Positions 1 to 9,589 of a stretch of 60,786 nucleotides of DNA are shown here, one piece after another. The notes beneath the pieces are model-generated. The model was not told the origin of the DNA. It saw nothing but the letters and a program-made list of their open reading frames with translations, and ran no database searches. This stretch comes from a virus. Lineage: Duplodnaviria > Caudoviricetes. The stretch's first letter is position 1. Each line of letters begins with the position of its first letter. Where the stretch lies: positions 1-60,786 of IMG/VR virus record IMGVR_UViG_3300049149_000035; one strand, 5' to 3'. A program made the position numbers and the translations under genes.

Positions 1-19
1 CGTGCAGATGACCGTGGAC
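1..19. repeat. Terminal direct repeat (circular assembly overlap), copy 1
   Basis: cgtgcagatgaccgtggac at 1-19 is identical to 60768-60786. Confidence 0.95.
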
Positions 20-70
20 GAGGCCCTGGACACGCAGGGGTCCGAGCTGGCGTTCGGTCCGAGGACGTAG
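1..70 (+). CDS. C-terminal end of tape measure protein (wraps from 58534)
   Basis: Frame of 58534 ORF continues across the overlap: ...VQMTVDEALDTQGSELAFGPRT* with TAG at 68-70. Confidence 0.9.
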   Translation, partial: VQMTVDEALDTQGSELAFGPRT

Positions 71-77
71 GAGAGAG

Positions 78-1370
78 ATGGGCTCGATCACACCCACAGT
101 CGTACCGGCCATCGGCGCGGTGCGGCTCGATATCGACTGGAGTGACTTCCCGAACGCTCCGGCCGCATGGGTCTACCGCGTGGTCAACGGGGTGGCCACG
201 CTGATCCGGGATGGCGGCCTCGCGTTGCTGTCGCACTCGAAAGCGGTCGTGTACGACTACGAAGCGCCGTTGGACACCACGGTCAGCTACCGCACGATGG
301 TGGCCCTGAACCGCAACGGGTCCTTCGAGTCCAACGTGGAGGAGTGGATCTCCGGCGCGGGCAACGTCGTGTCCAACGGAACGGTGTCGCAGTCCACGGA
401 CTACTACGCGCCCGGCACCGGCAACGCGTCGCTCAAGCTCACCCCCGTGGGCGGCACCGGCCCGCAGTACGTGGCGGCCTCCGAGGAGTTCCCGGCCACC
501 GTGGGCACCACGTACACGGCGACGGCCCGGCTCATGGTGCCCGCCGCCTGGTCCGGCGGCATCGGCGTCGCGATCAACTGGTACACCTCGGGCTCGGTCT
601 TCATCTCGACGACCGGCACGGCGGCCGACCTCTGGCCCGGCGCGGGAACGTGGGGCAGCTACTCGGTGTCCGGCGCAGCACCGGCCACCACGGCGAAGGC
701 CCGAGTGGTCGTGCTCTTCGCGGGATCCCCGCCGAGCACCGGCGTGCTGTACGCGGACGAGGTCTACGCGACCACTGCACTATCCACTGTGGACAGTGCG
801 GCCGTGGTGCTCCAGTCCTCCGGCCAGGGGTGGTGGAAGGACGTGCTCCACCCCTGGGCCAGCGTGCCGCTGTCGATCGACCTCTCCGAGGTCCGGCAGT
901 GCTCCAGCCCCTCCACCTGCGTCTGGCTGGGCGAGGGCGACCGCTCGCGGCCCGCTGACGCCACCCTCCAGGAGATTCCCGACCGGACCACCGGCATCGG
1001 GATCTTCGCCACCCGCAAATCCTCGCGCGGCGCGGACCGCATCGCCACGGCGACCCTCGCGGACCGGGACCGGATCGAGGCGGTGCACGCCAGCGGCGCG
1101 CCCCTGCTGCTCCAGGTGCCCGCGAAGTACGGCGTGGCCCAGCGCTATGGGCTGTACGACGACCTGGACTTCGGTCGGCTCGGCGCGGACATGACGCTGA
1201 CCTGGCGGGTGTTCAGCACCAACTTCACGCGCGTGCAGGCGCCGTACGGGCCCGCTGAGGGCGTGCTCGGCGCGCGCTACGCCGACGAGACCAAGTACGG
1301 CACCTATGCGCAGGCGTCGGCGGCCTCGGCGACGTGGCAACAGCTCCTCCAGGGGAGCCTGAAGACATGA
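78..1370 (+). CDS. Minor tail protein, distal-tail (Dit)-like with inserted carbohydrate-binding-type domain
   Basis: First gene after TMP, RBS GGAG; central NGSFES..W..G / VGTTYTATA / LYADEV segment resembles CBM jelly-roll inserts. Confidence 0.7.
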   Translation: MGSITPTVVPAIGAVRLDIDWSDFPNAPAAWVYRVVNGVATLIRDGGLALLSHSKAVVYDYEAPLDTTVSYRTMVALNRNGSFESNVEEWISGAGNVVSNGTVSQSTDYYAPGTGNASLKLTPVGGTGPQYVAASEEFPATVGTTYTATARLMVPAAWSGGIGVAINWYTSGSVFISTTGTAADLWPGAGTWGSYSVSGAAPATTAKARVVVLFAGSPPSTGVLYADEVYATTALSTVDSAAVVLQSSGQGWWKDVLHPWASVPLSIDLSEVRQCSSPSTCVWLGEGDRSRPADATLQEIPDRTTGIGIFATRKSSRGADRIATATLADRDRIEAVHASGAPLLLQVPAKYGVAQRYGLYDDLDFGRLGADMTLTWRVFSTNFTRVQAPYGPAEGVLGARYADETKYGTYAQASAASATWQQLLQGSLKT

Positions 1371-2533
1371 TCAAGGCGAACAACCCGGGGTACCGCGCCG
1401 CGCTGGCCATGCCGCACGCGGCCTATGCCCGGGTGGAGGTGTGGCGCAACGGCGTGCCGGTCGAGGAGCTGAACCGATACGACGTCTACCCGGACGCGAT
1501 CAACCGCAAGGTGCCGGTCTTCCTGTCGGGCTCGGTGCGCTGCACGCTCCAGAGCCGGGTGGCCCGCACGGCGTCGATCACCGTGCCGGAGTGGCTGTAC
1601 CCCTTCGAGCCGGACGACCTGCTCAACCCGTACGGGAACCACCTGAAGATGTACCGGGGCATCCGGTACGGGTCCGGCGACGTGGACGAGTTCCCCGTGT
1701 TCTCGGGGCCGATCACGAAGGTCTCGCCACGCGGCAACGGCACCGCGACCGTGGAGGCCAAGGACCTCGCGGGCAAGGTCGTCGGGGCGGGCTTCGCGGC
1801 CCCCGCGCGGGCGGGCGTCGGCTCGCTCGTCACGGCCGAGTTCAAGCGGCTGGTGGAGGGCGCCTACCCGCTGGCCACGTTCGGGCCGTTCGACGCGATC
1901 ACGGAGACCGTGCCGGAGTTGTCGTACGACACGGATCGGGGGGCGGCGCTGGACGGCCTGGCCAAGATCGCCAGCTCGTTCTGGTACCCGCTCGCGGATG
2001 GCCGATTCGTGATGCGCCTGGTTCCGTGGACTGTGACGCCCTCGATCCAGCCGCTCGTCCTCGCCTCGGGCGCCGAGGGCACGGCGGTGGACGGCACGCT
2101 GATCAGCGCCTACCCGGTCCGCTCCGAGGAGGGTGTCTACTCCGAGGTGGTCGTCTCCTCGGAGAACACGGACGGCGGCGACCCCTTCTCGGCGGCCGTG
2201 CGGGACCTGGACCCGGCCAGTCCCACCTACGTGAACGGCGCGTTCGGCCGCAAGACGCTCCAGCTCCGGGTGACGCAGGCGCCCAGCCAGAACGCGGCCT
2301 ACACGGCGGCCAAGACGACGCTGCGCCAGTCCAAGGCGCTGTCCGAGTCGCTCCAGATCACCTGCATTGCGGACGCCTCGATCGAGCTGGGCGACGTGCT
2401 GGAGGTGCACTACCGGGGGCACACCTGGACGCAGATCGCGGCGGGCTTCTCGATGCCCCTGGACCCGGGGGACACGATGCAGATCGACGGGCGCGGGCTC
2501 GTAACCGGCGGAAGCGAGGACATCGATGTCTAG
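1367..2533 (+). CDS. Minor tail / baseplate hub protein (DUF5047-like)
   Basis: ATGA overlap with upstream stop; LNPYGNHLKMYRGI and DLDPASPTYVNGAFGR motifs typical of actinophage hub proteins; synteny. Confidence 0.7.
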   Translation: MIKANNPGYRAALAMPHAAYARVEVWRNGVPVEELNRYDVYPDAINRKVPVFLSGSVRCTLQSRVARTASITVPEWLYPFEPDDLLNPYGNHLKMYRGIRYGSGDVDEFPVFSGPITKVSPRGNGTATVEAKDLAGKVVGAGFAAPARAGVGSLVTAEFKRLVEGAYPLATFGPFDAITETVPELSYDTDRGAALDGLAKIASSFWYPLADGRFVMRLVPWTVTPSIQPLVLASGAEGTAVDGTLISAYPVRSEEGVYSEVVVSSENTDGGDPFSAAVRDLDPASPTYVNGAFGRKTLQLRVTQAPSQNAAYTAAKTTLRQSKALSESLQITCIADASIELGDVLEVHYRGHTWTQIAAGFSMPLDPGDTMQIDGRGLVTGGSEDIDV

Positions 2534-3275
2534 CCCTCTGCTGCTGCCGCCGCCCGGCCCGCGCAACCTCTCCACCCAGACGCAGGACAAGACGCAGAAC
2601 CCGTCCGACCTGCGCGTTGGCAAGGTCTCGGCAGTCTCGGCGGCGGGCGTCAACGTGGACGTGGCGGAGGGCAACGTGCTGGCCGCCCACCTGGACAGCT
2701 ACTCGCCCGCGATCGGCGACGCCGTGGCGCTGATGAAAACGCAGGACTCCTGGCTGATCATGGGTCGGACGATCGGCCCTGGCACCCGGGAGCGCACCGA
2801 TCTGACCGGCCCCGGTCCGGCCGTGACTGGCTCGACGCTGGCGGGCTTCGTGACGACCGGCGACGGCTCGGTCATGGCCTCCTCGGCGGTTGGGGTCACG
2901 GTGGACCTGACCAAGATGGAGCTGGACTACTACCACCCGGAGAACCACCACGTGTTGGTGCGGCTCGGGTTCAACTGGACCGGCTCTGCCACCACCACGG
3001 GGATCATCGTGGACGTGTGGGAGAACACGATCCCCTCGCCGCAGCAGATCTGCCAGTGGATCGGGGTCGAACAGGCCCCTGCGAACACGAATCGATGGCT
3101 GAACATCGAAGCCGTGCTCCCGGCCAGCGTGTACGGCGGAGCGGCGCGCAACATAAACGTGGCGGTCACCTGCCAGACGACCGGCACCGTCACCGTCACC
3201 GACAACGGGCTCACCCGGCGCGCCTACATGTACGTGGTCGACCTCGGAGATACTTCCTTCATCCCGACCAAGTAG
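2526..3275 (+). CDS. Minor tail protein (spike-like, OB-fold-type N-terminus)
   Basis: LRVGKV...HLDSYSPAIGDAVAL...WLIMG N-terminal pattern; follows hub gene. Confidence 0.6.
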   Translation: MSSPLLLPPPGPRNLSTQTQDKTQNPSDLRVGKVSAVSAAGVNVDVAEGNVLAAHLDSYSPAIGDAVALMKTQDSWLIMGRTIGPGTRERTDLTGPGPAVTGSTLAGFVTTGDGSVMASSAVGVTVDLTKMELDYYHPENHHVLVRLGFNWTGSATTTGIIVDVWENTIPSPQQICQWIGVEQAPANTNRWLNIEAVLPASVYGGAARNINVAVTCQTTGTVTVTDNGLTRRAYMYVVDLGDTSFIPTK

Positions 3276-3284
3276 GAGGACAAC

Positions 3285-3545
3285 GTGAGCGTGCCGACCG
3301 ACAACTATTCAGCTTCCGACGTGCGGGCGCAGGTGTCCACGGCGTTCCTCGGGGCTCCGATCAGCGGATCGATCGTGGTCGACCTGGCCACTCCCAGCTT
3401 CGGTATCCCCTCTTCCAGGGACGCTTCCGTGTCAGCCCTGGAGGCCGCCGTCGCGGCCGTCAAGGACTACCTGGAGACGACGTACCCGAGCACGACCGTA
3501 ACCGCGTCGATCACGTACACGGGCGAGCACAACAGCGAGGCGTAG
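3285..3545 (+). CDS. Hypothetical protein in tail module
   Basis: Strong RBS AGGAGG, fills gap in operon. Confidence 0.6.
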   Translation: MSVPTDNYSASDVRAQVSTAFLGAPISGSIVVDLATPSFGIPSSRDASVSALEAAVAAVKDYLETTYPSTTVTASITYTGEHNSEA

Positions 3546-4145
3546 ATGACCGGCGTCACGGCAACCCAGAACCTGCCCTACCCGACCAGCGGGGACCGGG
3601 TGGTTGATCAGTGGTCGCACCAGCGGAACCTGGCCAACGCGCTGGAGGACCGCTTCAACGCGCACGCCTCCGACCTGCTGCGCGCCCAGAACGTGCCGCT
3701 GGTCGTACTGGAGCAGACGATCCAGCGGGACTACCCCACCTCGGGCTTCTCGCCCGGGGACGAACTGGTCTCCTTCGATACGGTGCTCGTCGACACGGCG
3801 GGCATGGTGGATCTCACAGTCAACTCCAAGAACGTCCCAATCTTGCAGAACGGCTATTGGCGGGCGGGCGGCTACCTGCACGTGGTCAACGGCCTGGCCT
3901 GCTCAGCGGGTACGGGGACGCTCTTCCTGGCGATCGGCTCGACGAACGCCAGCGGCTCGACGGACACCAACCAGGCGCACGACGGCGTGGTGGGCGAGGC
4001 CGAATGCCACGTGGAGTCGGAGATCCGCGTGTCGGGGAACAACTCGACGGTCTTCATGTTCCCCTCCACCACGGGCACTACCTGCCCGAACTTCATCAGC
4101 GTGGACTACGCCCGGTTCTACCTGTTCTGGATGCGTGACCTGTGA
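3546..4145 (+). CDS. Minor tail protein, paralog 1 of 3
   Basis: N-terminal T..QNLPYP..GD...LA motif, beta-rich C-terminus. Confidence 0.65.
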   Translation: MTGVTATQNLPYPTSGDRVVDQWSHQRNLANALEDRFNAHASDLLRAQNVPLVVLEQTIQRDYPTSGFSPGDELVSFDTVLVDTAGMVDLTVNSKNVPILQNGYWRAGGYLHVVNGLACSAGTGTLFLAIGSTNASGSTDTNQAHDGVVGEAECHVESEIRVSGNNSTVFMFPSTTGTTCPNFISVDYARFYLFWMRDL

Positions 4146-4735
4146 CCTCCTACACCCGGCTCCAGCGGTTCCCGTACCCGTCCAGCGCCAACGAGCGGGG
4201 GAACGGCGCGCTCGATCTCCAGCTCCTCGCCGAGCGGGCGGACTACCAACTGGACGGCCTGGATACGGCGTGGGCGGCTCAACTCGCGAAGCCCACGCTG
4301 ATCATGACCCTGACCAACCCGGTCACGGGCCTGGTGGCGAACGACTTCTCCGGCGTGCTCATGGATACGCAGGTGGTGTCGAAGGGCGGCCTCACGGGCA
4401 CGCAGGTGGTCCAGCCGTCCGTGGCGCTGGCTGGGTGGTACTACTACACCGTCTGCCTCTCCACGGTCCCGAGCGGCACCGTGGGCAGCCTGCGGAGGTT
4501 GATGGAGGTCCGGCACCTCGGCACCGGCCCGAGCGGCAACTTCGCCACCCTGGAGGCCTGGCGCACCGAGGAGGTCGACTCCACGGGGGACACCAACCTG
4601 AACTTCTCGATGGTGGTCTACCTGGACGGCACCACGTGGCTTCAGCCGTACGTCTTCCACAACGCCAGCTCGACGCTGACCGTCAACACAAACTGCACGT
4701 TCGTCACGGCGACGCGCCTGGCCTCGGGGAATTGA
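4142..4735 (+). CDS. Minor tail protein, paralog 2 of 3
   Basis: T..QRFPYP...LA N-terminus; GTGA overlap. Confidence 0.65.
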   Translation: MTSYTRLQRFPYPSSANERGNGALDLQLLAERADYQLDGLDTAWAAQLAKPTLIMTLTNPVTGLVANDFSGVLMDTQVVSKGGLTGTQVVQPSVALAGWYYYTVCLSTVPSGTVGSLRRLMEVRHLGTGPSGNFATLEAWRTEEVDSTGDTNLNFSMVVYLDGTTWLQPYVFHNASSTLTVNTNCTFVTATRLASGN

Positions 4736-4736
4736 C

Positions 4737-5300
4737 ATGGCTGGCACCACGAACTCGCAGGCCCTGCCCTACCCGTGGGTGGACGAGACGATCACGGACG
4801 TGTCGACCAAGAACCTGGCCGACGCGCTGGCGACCAAGCTCGACGGCGAGGACACGAAGCGGAACCTGGCGCTCAAACGCGGCGACGGCGCGGCCTTCCG
4901 CAACGCCAACCAGTCGATCCCGGTGACCACCGACACGGTGATCACGTTCGACGGCGAGCTGTGGGACACCGACAACCTGATCAACGCGGGCGGCGGCACG
5001 CCGACGCGCTTCTCCGTGGGCAACCTCACGGGGGTGTGGTTGTTCACCGCGTTCGCCCGGTCGCTGGCCAGCACCTCCTGGAGCAAGGCGGTCATCTCGA
5101 TCCGGCGCAACGGCACCACGGCGGTGGCCCGGCGCTCGTACTGGTCCGGCACCAACGCGCTGGTCAACAAGCTCATGGTGTCCGGCATGGTCAACATGCC
5201 GACGAACACCGACTACGTGGAGGTGATGGTGCAACACCTCGGCGGCGCGGGCTCGAACGTGGCGCTGGTCGGCCTGAAGGGCGTGCGGGTCACCTCGTAG
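4737..5300 (+). CDS. Minor tail protein, paralog 3 of 3 (C1q/TNF-like head)
   Basis: T..QALPYP...LA N-terminus; QSIP..TDTVITFD..WDTD, GVWLF, DYVEV pattern of C1q-like domains. Confidence 0.65.
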   Translation: MAGTTNSQALPYPWVDETITDVSTKNLADALATKLDGEDTKRNLALKRGDGAAFRNANQSIPVTTDTVITFDGELWDTDNLINAGGGTPTRFSVGNLTGVWLFTAFARSLASTSWSKAVISIRRNGTTAVARRSYWSGTNALVNKLMVSGMVNMPTNTDYVEVMVQHLGGAGSNVALVGLKGVRVTS

Positions 5301-5625
5301 CGGAGGAGCGTTCCCCGCGCTCCTCCAGGTCCCGCTGGCGTCGGGCGTGCAGCAACAGGAAGAGCTGGCGGACGCCGACCAGGACCAGGCTGCCGTACAA
5401 CACGATGCCGACCGCAAACCGGCCCGGGTACTCGCCCAGGAAGAGGTTCGCGATGATCTGCGCGCCGATGACCGAGAGGCTGGCGCCCATCGACATCAGG
5501 TGGCGCCCGGTCGGCGTCTTGCGCCACGCGCCCCGGCTCACGACGTGGTAGCTGATCGTGAACGTGGTCCAGACCAGGAACAGGGCGACGAACTCGACCA
5601 GGTAGGTAATGGTCCGGGCGGTCAC
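5290..5625 (-). CDS. Membrane protein (3 TM), putative holin-like lysis accessory
   Basis: Three hydrophobic segments with W..TPTGRHLM loop; adjacent to endolysin. Confidence 0.6.
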   Translation of the reverse strand: MTARTITYLVEFVALFLVWTTFTISYHVVSRGAWRKTPTGRHLMSMGASLSVIGAQIIANLFLGEYPGRFAVGIVLYGSLVLVGVRQLFLLLHARRQRDLEERGERSSATR

Positions 5626-5879
5626 CGGTTCCTCCCTAAGGCGTCGCGGATCAGCTCCGCGAAGTGGTTCTCTTCGGTCAGCAGGACGACCTGGCGCGCG
5701 CGGGCGTCCACCGTGTACCGGCGGCTACGGCTCTCCTGGAGGTGAAGCGCGGCGTCCTCGGCGGCCCGCTCGGCGCGCCGCGTCTCGGCGCTGGGGCTCA
5801 CGGTCGATGCCTGCATCGGGCGCTCCTCGCGCTGCTCATGATTCATCGTGCGGCGCAGGAGCCTGTTCAGCCACCTCAT
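5622..5879 (-). CDS. Lysis-cassette-associated coiled-coil protein
   Basis: ENHFAELI C-terminal motif common next to actinophage lysis genes; overlapping start/stop coupling. Confidence 0.55.
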   Translation of the reverse strand: MRWLNRLLRRTMNHEQREERPMQASTVSPSAETRRAERAAEDAALHLQESRSRRYTVDARARQVVLLTEENHFAELIRDALGRNR

Positions 5880-6205
5880 CGGCGCATCTGCTCCTCCCGG
5901 AGGGCGGTCAAGAGCGCCACGGTGGTCTCGTTCATGGCCATCAACTTGCCCACCTGGGCGCGGTCTTCACTCGCGGCTTCCTGCCACCTGTTGGCCGTAG
6001 TCTCCCACGTCGTGGCTGCTCGCCTGGCATCTTCGAGCCGGGCCTCCCAGGATTGCGTGAGCCGCTCGATCTCCTCGCGGTGGCTGACGCGCATCTCCTG
6101 GACCTGGCGGCCGATGTAGTTGATGTACGACTTGCCCACCGTGAGGAAGAGGGCGACGGCCGCGCCACCCAGGCCGAGCTGGGCCATCCAGGGCTGAAGG
6201 TCCAC
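5876..6205 (-). CDS. Membrane protein, N-terminal TM plus coiled coil (lysis cassette)
   Basis: GTG after GGGGAG; LGLGGAAVALFL TM followed by heptad-like region. Confidence 0.6.
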   Translation of the reverse strand: MDLQPWMAQLGLGGAAVALFLTVGKSYINYIGRQVQEMRVSHREEIERLTQSWEARLEDARRAATTWETTANRWQEAASEDRAQVGKLMAMNETTVALLTALREEQMRR

Positions 6206-6331
6206 GCGTTTCTCCCCCAAGTAGACGTGAACACGGCCAAAGGGCATCGGCCGTGGTCACTGAGCGTCAGCCTATCGCACCATCGTGGCAGCACAGCGTA
6301 TCGTCGGACCAGGAGACAGGAGGGAGTCCGG

Positions 6332-7381
6332 ATGGTGCTCTACGGGTGGGACGCGAGCGACTTCGACCACGATCGCGGCCCCATGGACATGGCGGCGGCG
6401 CGGGCGGCGGGCATCGACTTCTTCACGCACAAGTACACCGAATCGACCAGCACCAAACACCACCCGGCGGCGGCCATGAACGCCGCCAGGGCGGCCGGAA
6501 TCCCGTTCCTGGCGGCGTACGTCGTCCCGAGGACGCCGGGGCCCTCTGTGGCCGCTCAGGCGGCCTACCTCATCGCCTACGCCGACCAGGTGACCCCGTG
6601 GTGGCGTACCTTCCCGGGCTGGTTCTGGCAGGTCGACACGGAGAAGTGGACGTACGACAGCGTCTCGGCTGCGACCGGCGCCGCGATGTGCGCCGAGTTG
6701 CGCAAGCGCACCGGCAAGGCGACGATCCACTACGCGCCCAAGTGGGCCTACGGCGACGACGTGCCGCAGCCAGACCCGCTCTGGGCGTCCAACTACGTCT
6801 CGGGCTCGGGCGACTTCCGGACCCTCGCGGGGAAGATCACCAGCGCGAAGTGGGCGGCCTACTCCGGCCGCACCCCAACGATCCTCCAGTACTCCAGTTC
6901 GGCGACGATCGGCCGCCAGCCGACCTGCGACGCCAACCTGTTCCGGGGCACCCTGGCGGACTTCGCCCAGCTCATCGGCGGCGTGGCACCGGCCGCGCCC
7001 GCAGCGAAGGAAGTGAGCATGATCCGACTCATCCTGGCCGACCCCAAGGCCAGCAAGGACTACGGCAACGGGGGCGTGTATCTGACGAACGGGGCCACCG
7101 GCCTGGGCGACCACAATCACATCGGGCCGACGCTCAACACGGCGATGGACAAGGCGGGCGTGCCGCTGGTGTCCTGCGCCACGGTGGACGACATGATGCA
7201 GGCGGCGACCTTCGCGCAGGGCGCGGGGATGTCGGAGACCGCCCTGGACGCCCTGGCCGAGGACATCGCGGATCACCTGGTGGCGGCGGGTTCCAACCCG
7301 CTCACCTCGAAGGACATCCCGGCCCTGGCCGAAGCGGTCCGGCAGGTGCTCGGCTCGGCGCTGAAGGGCGACGCGTCGTGA
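6332..7381 (+). CDS. Endolysin, GH25 muramidase
   Basis: YGWDAS, QVDTE (DxE), LWASNY, ILQYSS...CDANLFRG GH25 motifs; RBS AGGAGGGAG before ATG 6332. Confidence 0.85.
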   Translation: MVLYGWDASDFDHDRGPMDMAAARAAGIDFFTHKYTESTSTKHHPAAAMNAARAAGIPFLAAYVVPRTPGPSVAAQAAYLIAYADQVTPWWRTFPGWFWQVDTEKWTYDSVSAATGAAMCAELRKRTGKATIHYAPKWAYGDDVPQPDPLWASNYVSGSGDFRTLAGKITSAKWAAYSGRTPTILQYSSSATIGRQPTCDANLFRGTLADFAQLIGGVAPAAPAAKEVSMIRLILADPKASKDYGNGGVYLTNGATGLGDHNHIGPTLNTAMDKAGVPLVSCATVDDMMQAATFAQGAGMSETALDALAEDIADHLVAAGSNPLTSKDIPALAEAVRQVLGSALKGDAS

Positions 7382-7686
7382 ACCCGGGGGGCACGGTGAC
7401 CGACCTGCTGACCACCGTGGACCGCTGGTCGATGCTGGTCGGTGTCTTCTTGCCGCTGCTCATCGCGGCCGTCAACCGGCAGATCTGGCCCGGCGCGGTG
7501 AAGCTCGTCGTGTCGGCGCTGCTGTGCATCGTGGCGTCGGCGGTCACGGTCTACCTGACCGGGCAGTGGAACGCCCACGACGTCGTGGGCTCGCTGGTGC
7601 TCGTGGCGACGTTCTCGTACGCCAGCTATCACTGGGCGTGGAAGCCGTCCGGTGTGGCCCCGGCGGTTGAGCGCGCCACCGGCTGA
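7378..7686 (+). CDS. Holin (3 TM)
   Basis: Directly after endolysin; three TM segments, WKPSG..PAVE terminus; start may be 7396. Confidence 0.75.
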   Translation: MNPGGTVTDLLTTVDRWSMLVGVFLPLLIAAVNRQIWPGAVKLVVSALLCIVASAVTVYLTGQWNAHDVVGSLVLVATFSYASYHWAWKPSGVAPAVERATG

Positions 7687-7697
7687 CCGGCGAACGC

Positions 7698-7736
7698 GAA
7701 GAGCCCGCCCCAGTTGAAGGCTGGGGCGGGCTCTTC
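7698..7736. terminator. Bidirectional intrinsic terminator
   Basis: GAAGAGCCCGCCCCAG...CTGGGGCGGGCTCTTC hairpin between convergent genes. Confidence 0.8.
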
Positions 7737-7746
7737 TGCGTCTGTA

Positions 7747-8301
7747 CTACAGGCTGAACCTGCGGCCGTTCCACAGCCGGTCACCCATCGGCGACAGCCC
7801 GGCGGCGCTCTGGTGCATCCGGCACGCCGAGTGGTAGATCGGCAGGTCGTTCACGAGCACGCCGCGCTGCTCGGCCTGGCGCAGGGCCTCGGCGTGCTGC
7901 TCGTCGCCCAGCTCGATGCGGGCGGCGGCCTCATCGGCGCAGGTCCAGGTGGTGCTGTTCTCGTTGCTCACGTGCTTCCCTTCGTGGTGCTTCGTGGCCG
8001 ACTTGAGCGCGCCCGTGTGGACGCTCCACCGGCCGTGGCTGTCGGACGTGATGACGTACATGTTCACGGCGAGTGTCGGATCCGCCCAGACCTCAGACCA
8101 GAGGAGGTCGATGACCTGGCGGTCCAGCTTGCGCTGGAACCCGATGACGCTGTGAACCCGGCCCTGCCAGAAGTCCTGCCGCAGGACCGCCCCGGACTCG
8201 TCCACGTGGAACGGGTACGGAAGCTGTGTCAGCTCGTGACCGTCGCGGGTGATGTTGTCCACCCGCTCGGACGGCTGGAGCGTGATGAAGTCACCGGTCA
8301 T
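7747..8301 (-). CDS. Hypothetical protein
   Basis: ATG overlapping upstream TGA; phage-like codon usage. Confidence 0.6.
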   Translation of the reverse strand: MTGDFITLQPSERVDNITRDGHELTQLPYPFHVDESGAVLRQDFWQGRVHSVIGFQRKLDRQVIDLLWSEVWADPTLAVNMYVITSDSHGRWSVHTGALKSATKHHEGKHVSNENSTTWTCADEAAARIELGDEQHAEALRQAEQRGVLVNDLPIYHSACRMHQSAAGLSPMGDRLWNGRRFSL

Positions 8302-8498
8302 CAGATCCGGCCCCCGCAGCACGGGCCCATGCACGGCTCGTGCTTCTCGTCGCGGGCGTCCTGCCGGTCCTGCTCCCAGTGGTTCGTGATGGACTCGACG
8401 ACCGAGGCCACGGCCTGGCCGCCGCGCGTCCGGTCGGGAACGATTCCGTTGATCGCGTCCGTGATGAACGCCTCGATCTGCTCCCTACTCATGCTCAT
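8301..8498 (-). CDS. Small hypothetical protein with C-terminal CxxxCC
   Basis: RBS GGAGGGAG, coupled to next gene. Confidence 0.55.
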   Translation of the reverse strand: MSMSREQIEAFITDAINGIVPDRTRGGQAVASVVESITNHWEQDRQDARDEKHEPCMGPCCGGRI

Positions 8499-8865
8499 GG
8501 CATCTCCCTCCTGTGGCCCACGCACACAGCGAGGCCAGGTTGACCACGGCCAGATCCCGGCCGCGAACGCGCTTGCCGTCCTCCTCGTCCAGCTCGGAGA
8601 AGACCACGCACAGCTCCATCTGATCGACCCCGGACCACTGGCCGTACACCTCGCCCGGCGCCATGGCGTTATCGAAATCGAGCGGCGTGCCGACGACGCG
8701 GGCCGTGATGCCCTGCTCGTCCGGCTCGTGCCAGTCCAGTCGCAGGCCATGCTTGCTGGCGAAGCGGATGAACTGGAGGCAGGTCGTGATGCGCTCGACG
8801 TCACGCCCCGGCAGGTCTAGCGGATCTCCTGCGGCAGGCCGCTTGCGTACGCCGTGATTGAGCAT
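8485..8865 (-). CDS. Hypothetical protein
   Basis: ORF with DWHEPDEQ and VNLASLCAWA segments; start uncertain. Confidence 0.55.
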   Translation of the reverse strand: MLNHGVRKRPAAGDPLDLPGRDVERITTCLQFIRFASKHGLRLDWHEPDEQGITARVVGTPLDFDNAMAPGEVYGQWSGVDQMELCVVFSELDEEDGKRVRGRDLAVVNLASLCAWATGGRCHEHE

Positions 8866-9038
8866 GACGTGACCCCTTTCTCCCTGGTGGCGTTCAGCTC
8901 GATGTGAATGCGGTCGTTGGTGCGGATCTCCATGTACCGCCGGTATCGCGAGTCGGAGCCCCGGTCGAACACGATGTTCAGCTCGACCGGGGTGTCCCCG
9001 TAGGTCGCGAGAATCGCGGCCAGCTCGGCGGCGGTCAC
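8817..9038 (-). CDS. Hypothetical protein
   Basis: GTGA overlap, MTAAELAAILATYGD. Confidence 0.5.
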   Translation of the reverse strand: MTAAELAAILATYGDTPVELNIVFDRGSDSRYRRYMEIRTNDRIHIELNATREKGVTSCSITAYASGLPQEIR

Positions 9039-9385
9039 CGAACCACCGCGATGATCAGATCGGAGACGCTGCCCTGCCAGCGGAAGGTGTAGCCCCGGCC
9101 GCCCTTGCGGGACGACTTCAGGGAGACCTCCGCGTCGATGCCGACGCAGCGGGTGTCGCCCTCGTAGAAGGTGCCCATGAACTCGTGCCACTCGGACTCC
9201 GTCCAGGTGGTCTTGGCGTAGTCGATGCCGACGCGCTCGATCTCGGCCCTCACGTCCGGTGTGACCTCGTAGTCCTGCCACCCGCCGTAGAAGCTCCCCC
9301 CGTCCTTGCGGACCACGCCGCCCTCACGCACGATCGCGTCGATCAGGGCGCGGGTGAAACCGATCTTCCAGGTGTCGTTGCTCAT
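9035..9385 (-). CDS. Hypothetical protein
   Basis: RBS AGGAG, ATG 9385. Confidence 0.6.
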   Translation of the reverse strand: MSNDTWKIGFTRALIDAIVREGGVVRKDGGSFYGGWQDYEVTPDVRAEIERVGIDYAKTTWTESEWHEFMGTFYEGDTRCVGIDAEVSLKSSRKGGRGYTFRWQGSVSDLIIAVVR

Positions 9386-9399
9386 GTCGTTTCTCCTGT

Positions 9400-9570
9400 T
9401 CAGCAGGGGTAGCCGATGGAGCAGAGGTCTTCTTCGACGCTGGACCACTCGCCGAGCCCGGCGTTGGTGGCGATGCGCCCGGCCAGGTCGTTGCCGTAGA
9501 GGCTCATGATCTGCTCGTCGGTGTAGCCGTAGCGGTCCTGAACCAGGTCAAGCGCGGCGTAGAAGTCCAT
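9400..9570 (-). CDS. Small early protein (56 aa, not in ORF track)
   Basis: MDFYAALDLVQDRYGYTDEQ...GYPC; RBS GAGGGAG; directly under promoter at 9601-9630. Confidence 0.6.
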   Translation of the reverse strand: MDFYAALDLVQDRYGYTDEQIMSLYGNDLAGRIATNAGLGEWSSVEEDLCSIGYPC

Positions 9571-9589
9571 CGTATGCTCCCTCTCAACG

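Noticed and set aside
5609-6331. Long N-terminal extension of the endolysin ORF
   Set aside because: Overlaps the minus-strand membrane trio; the RBS and GH25 domain start at 6332.
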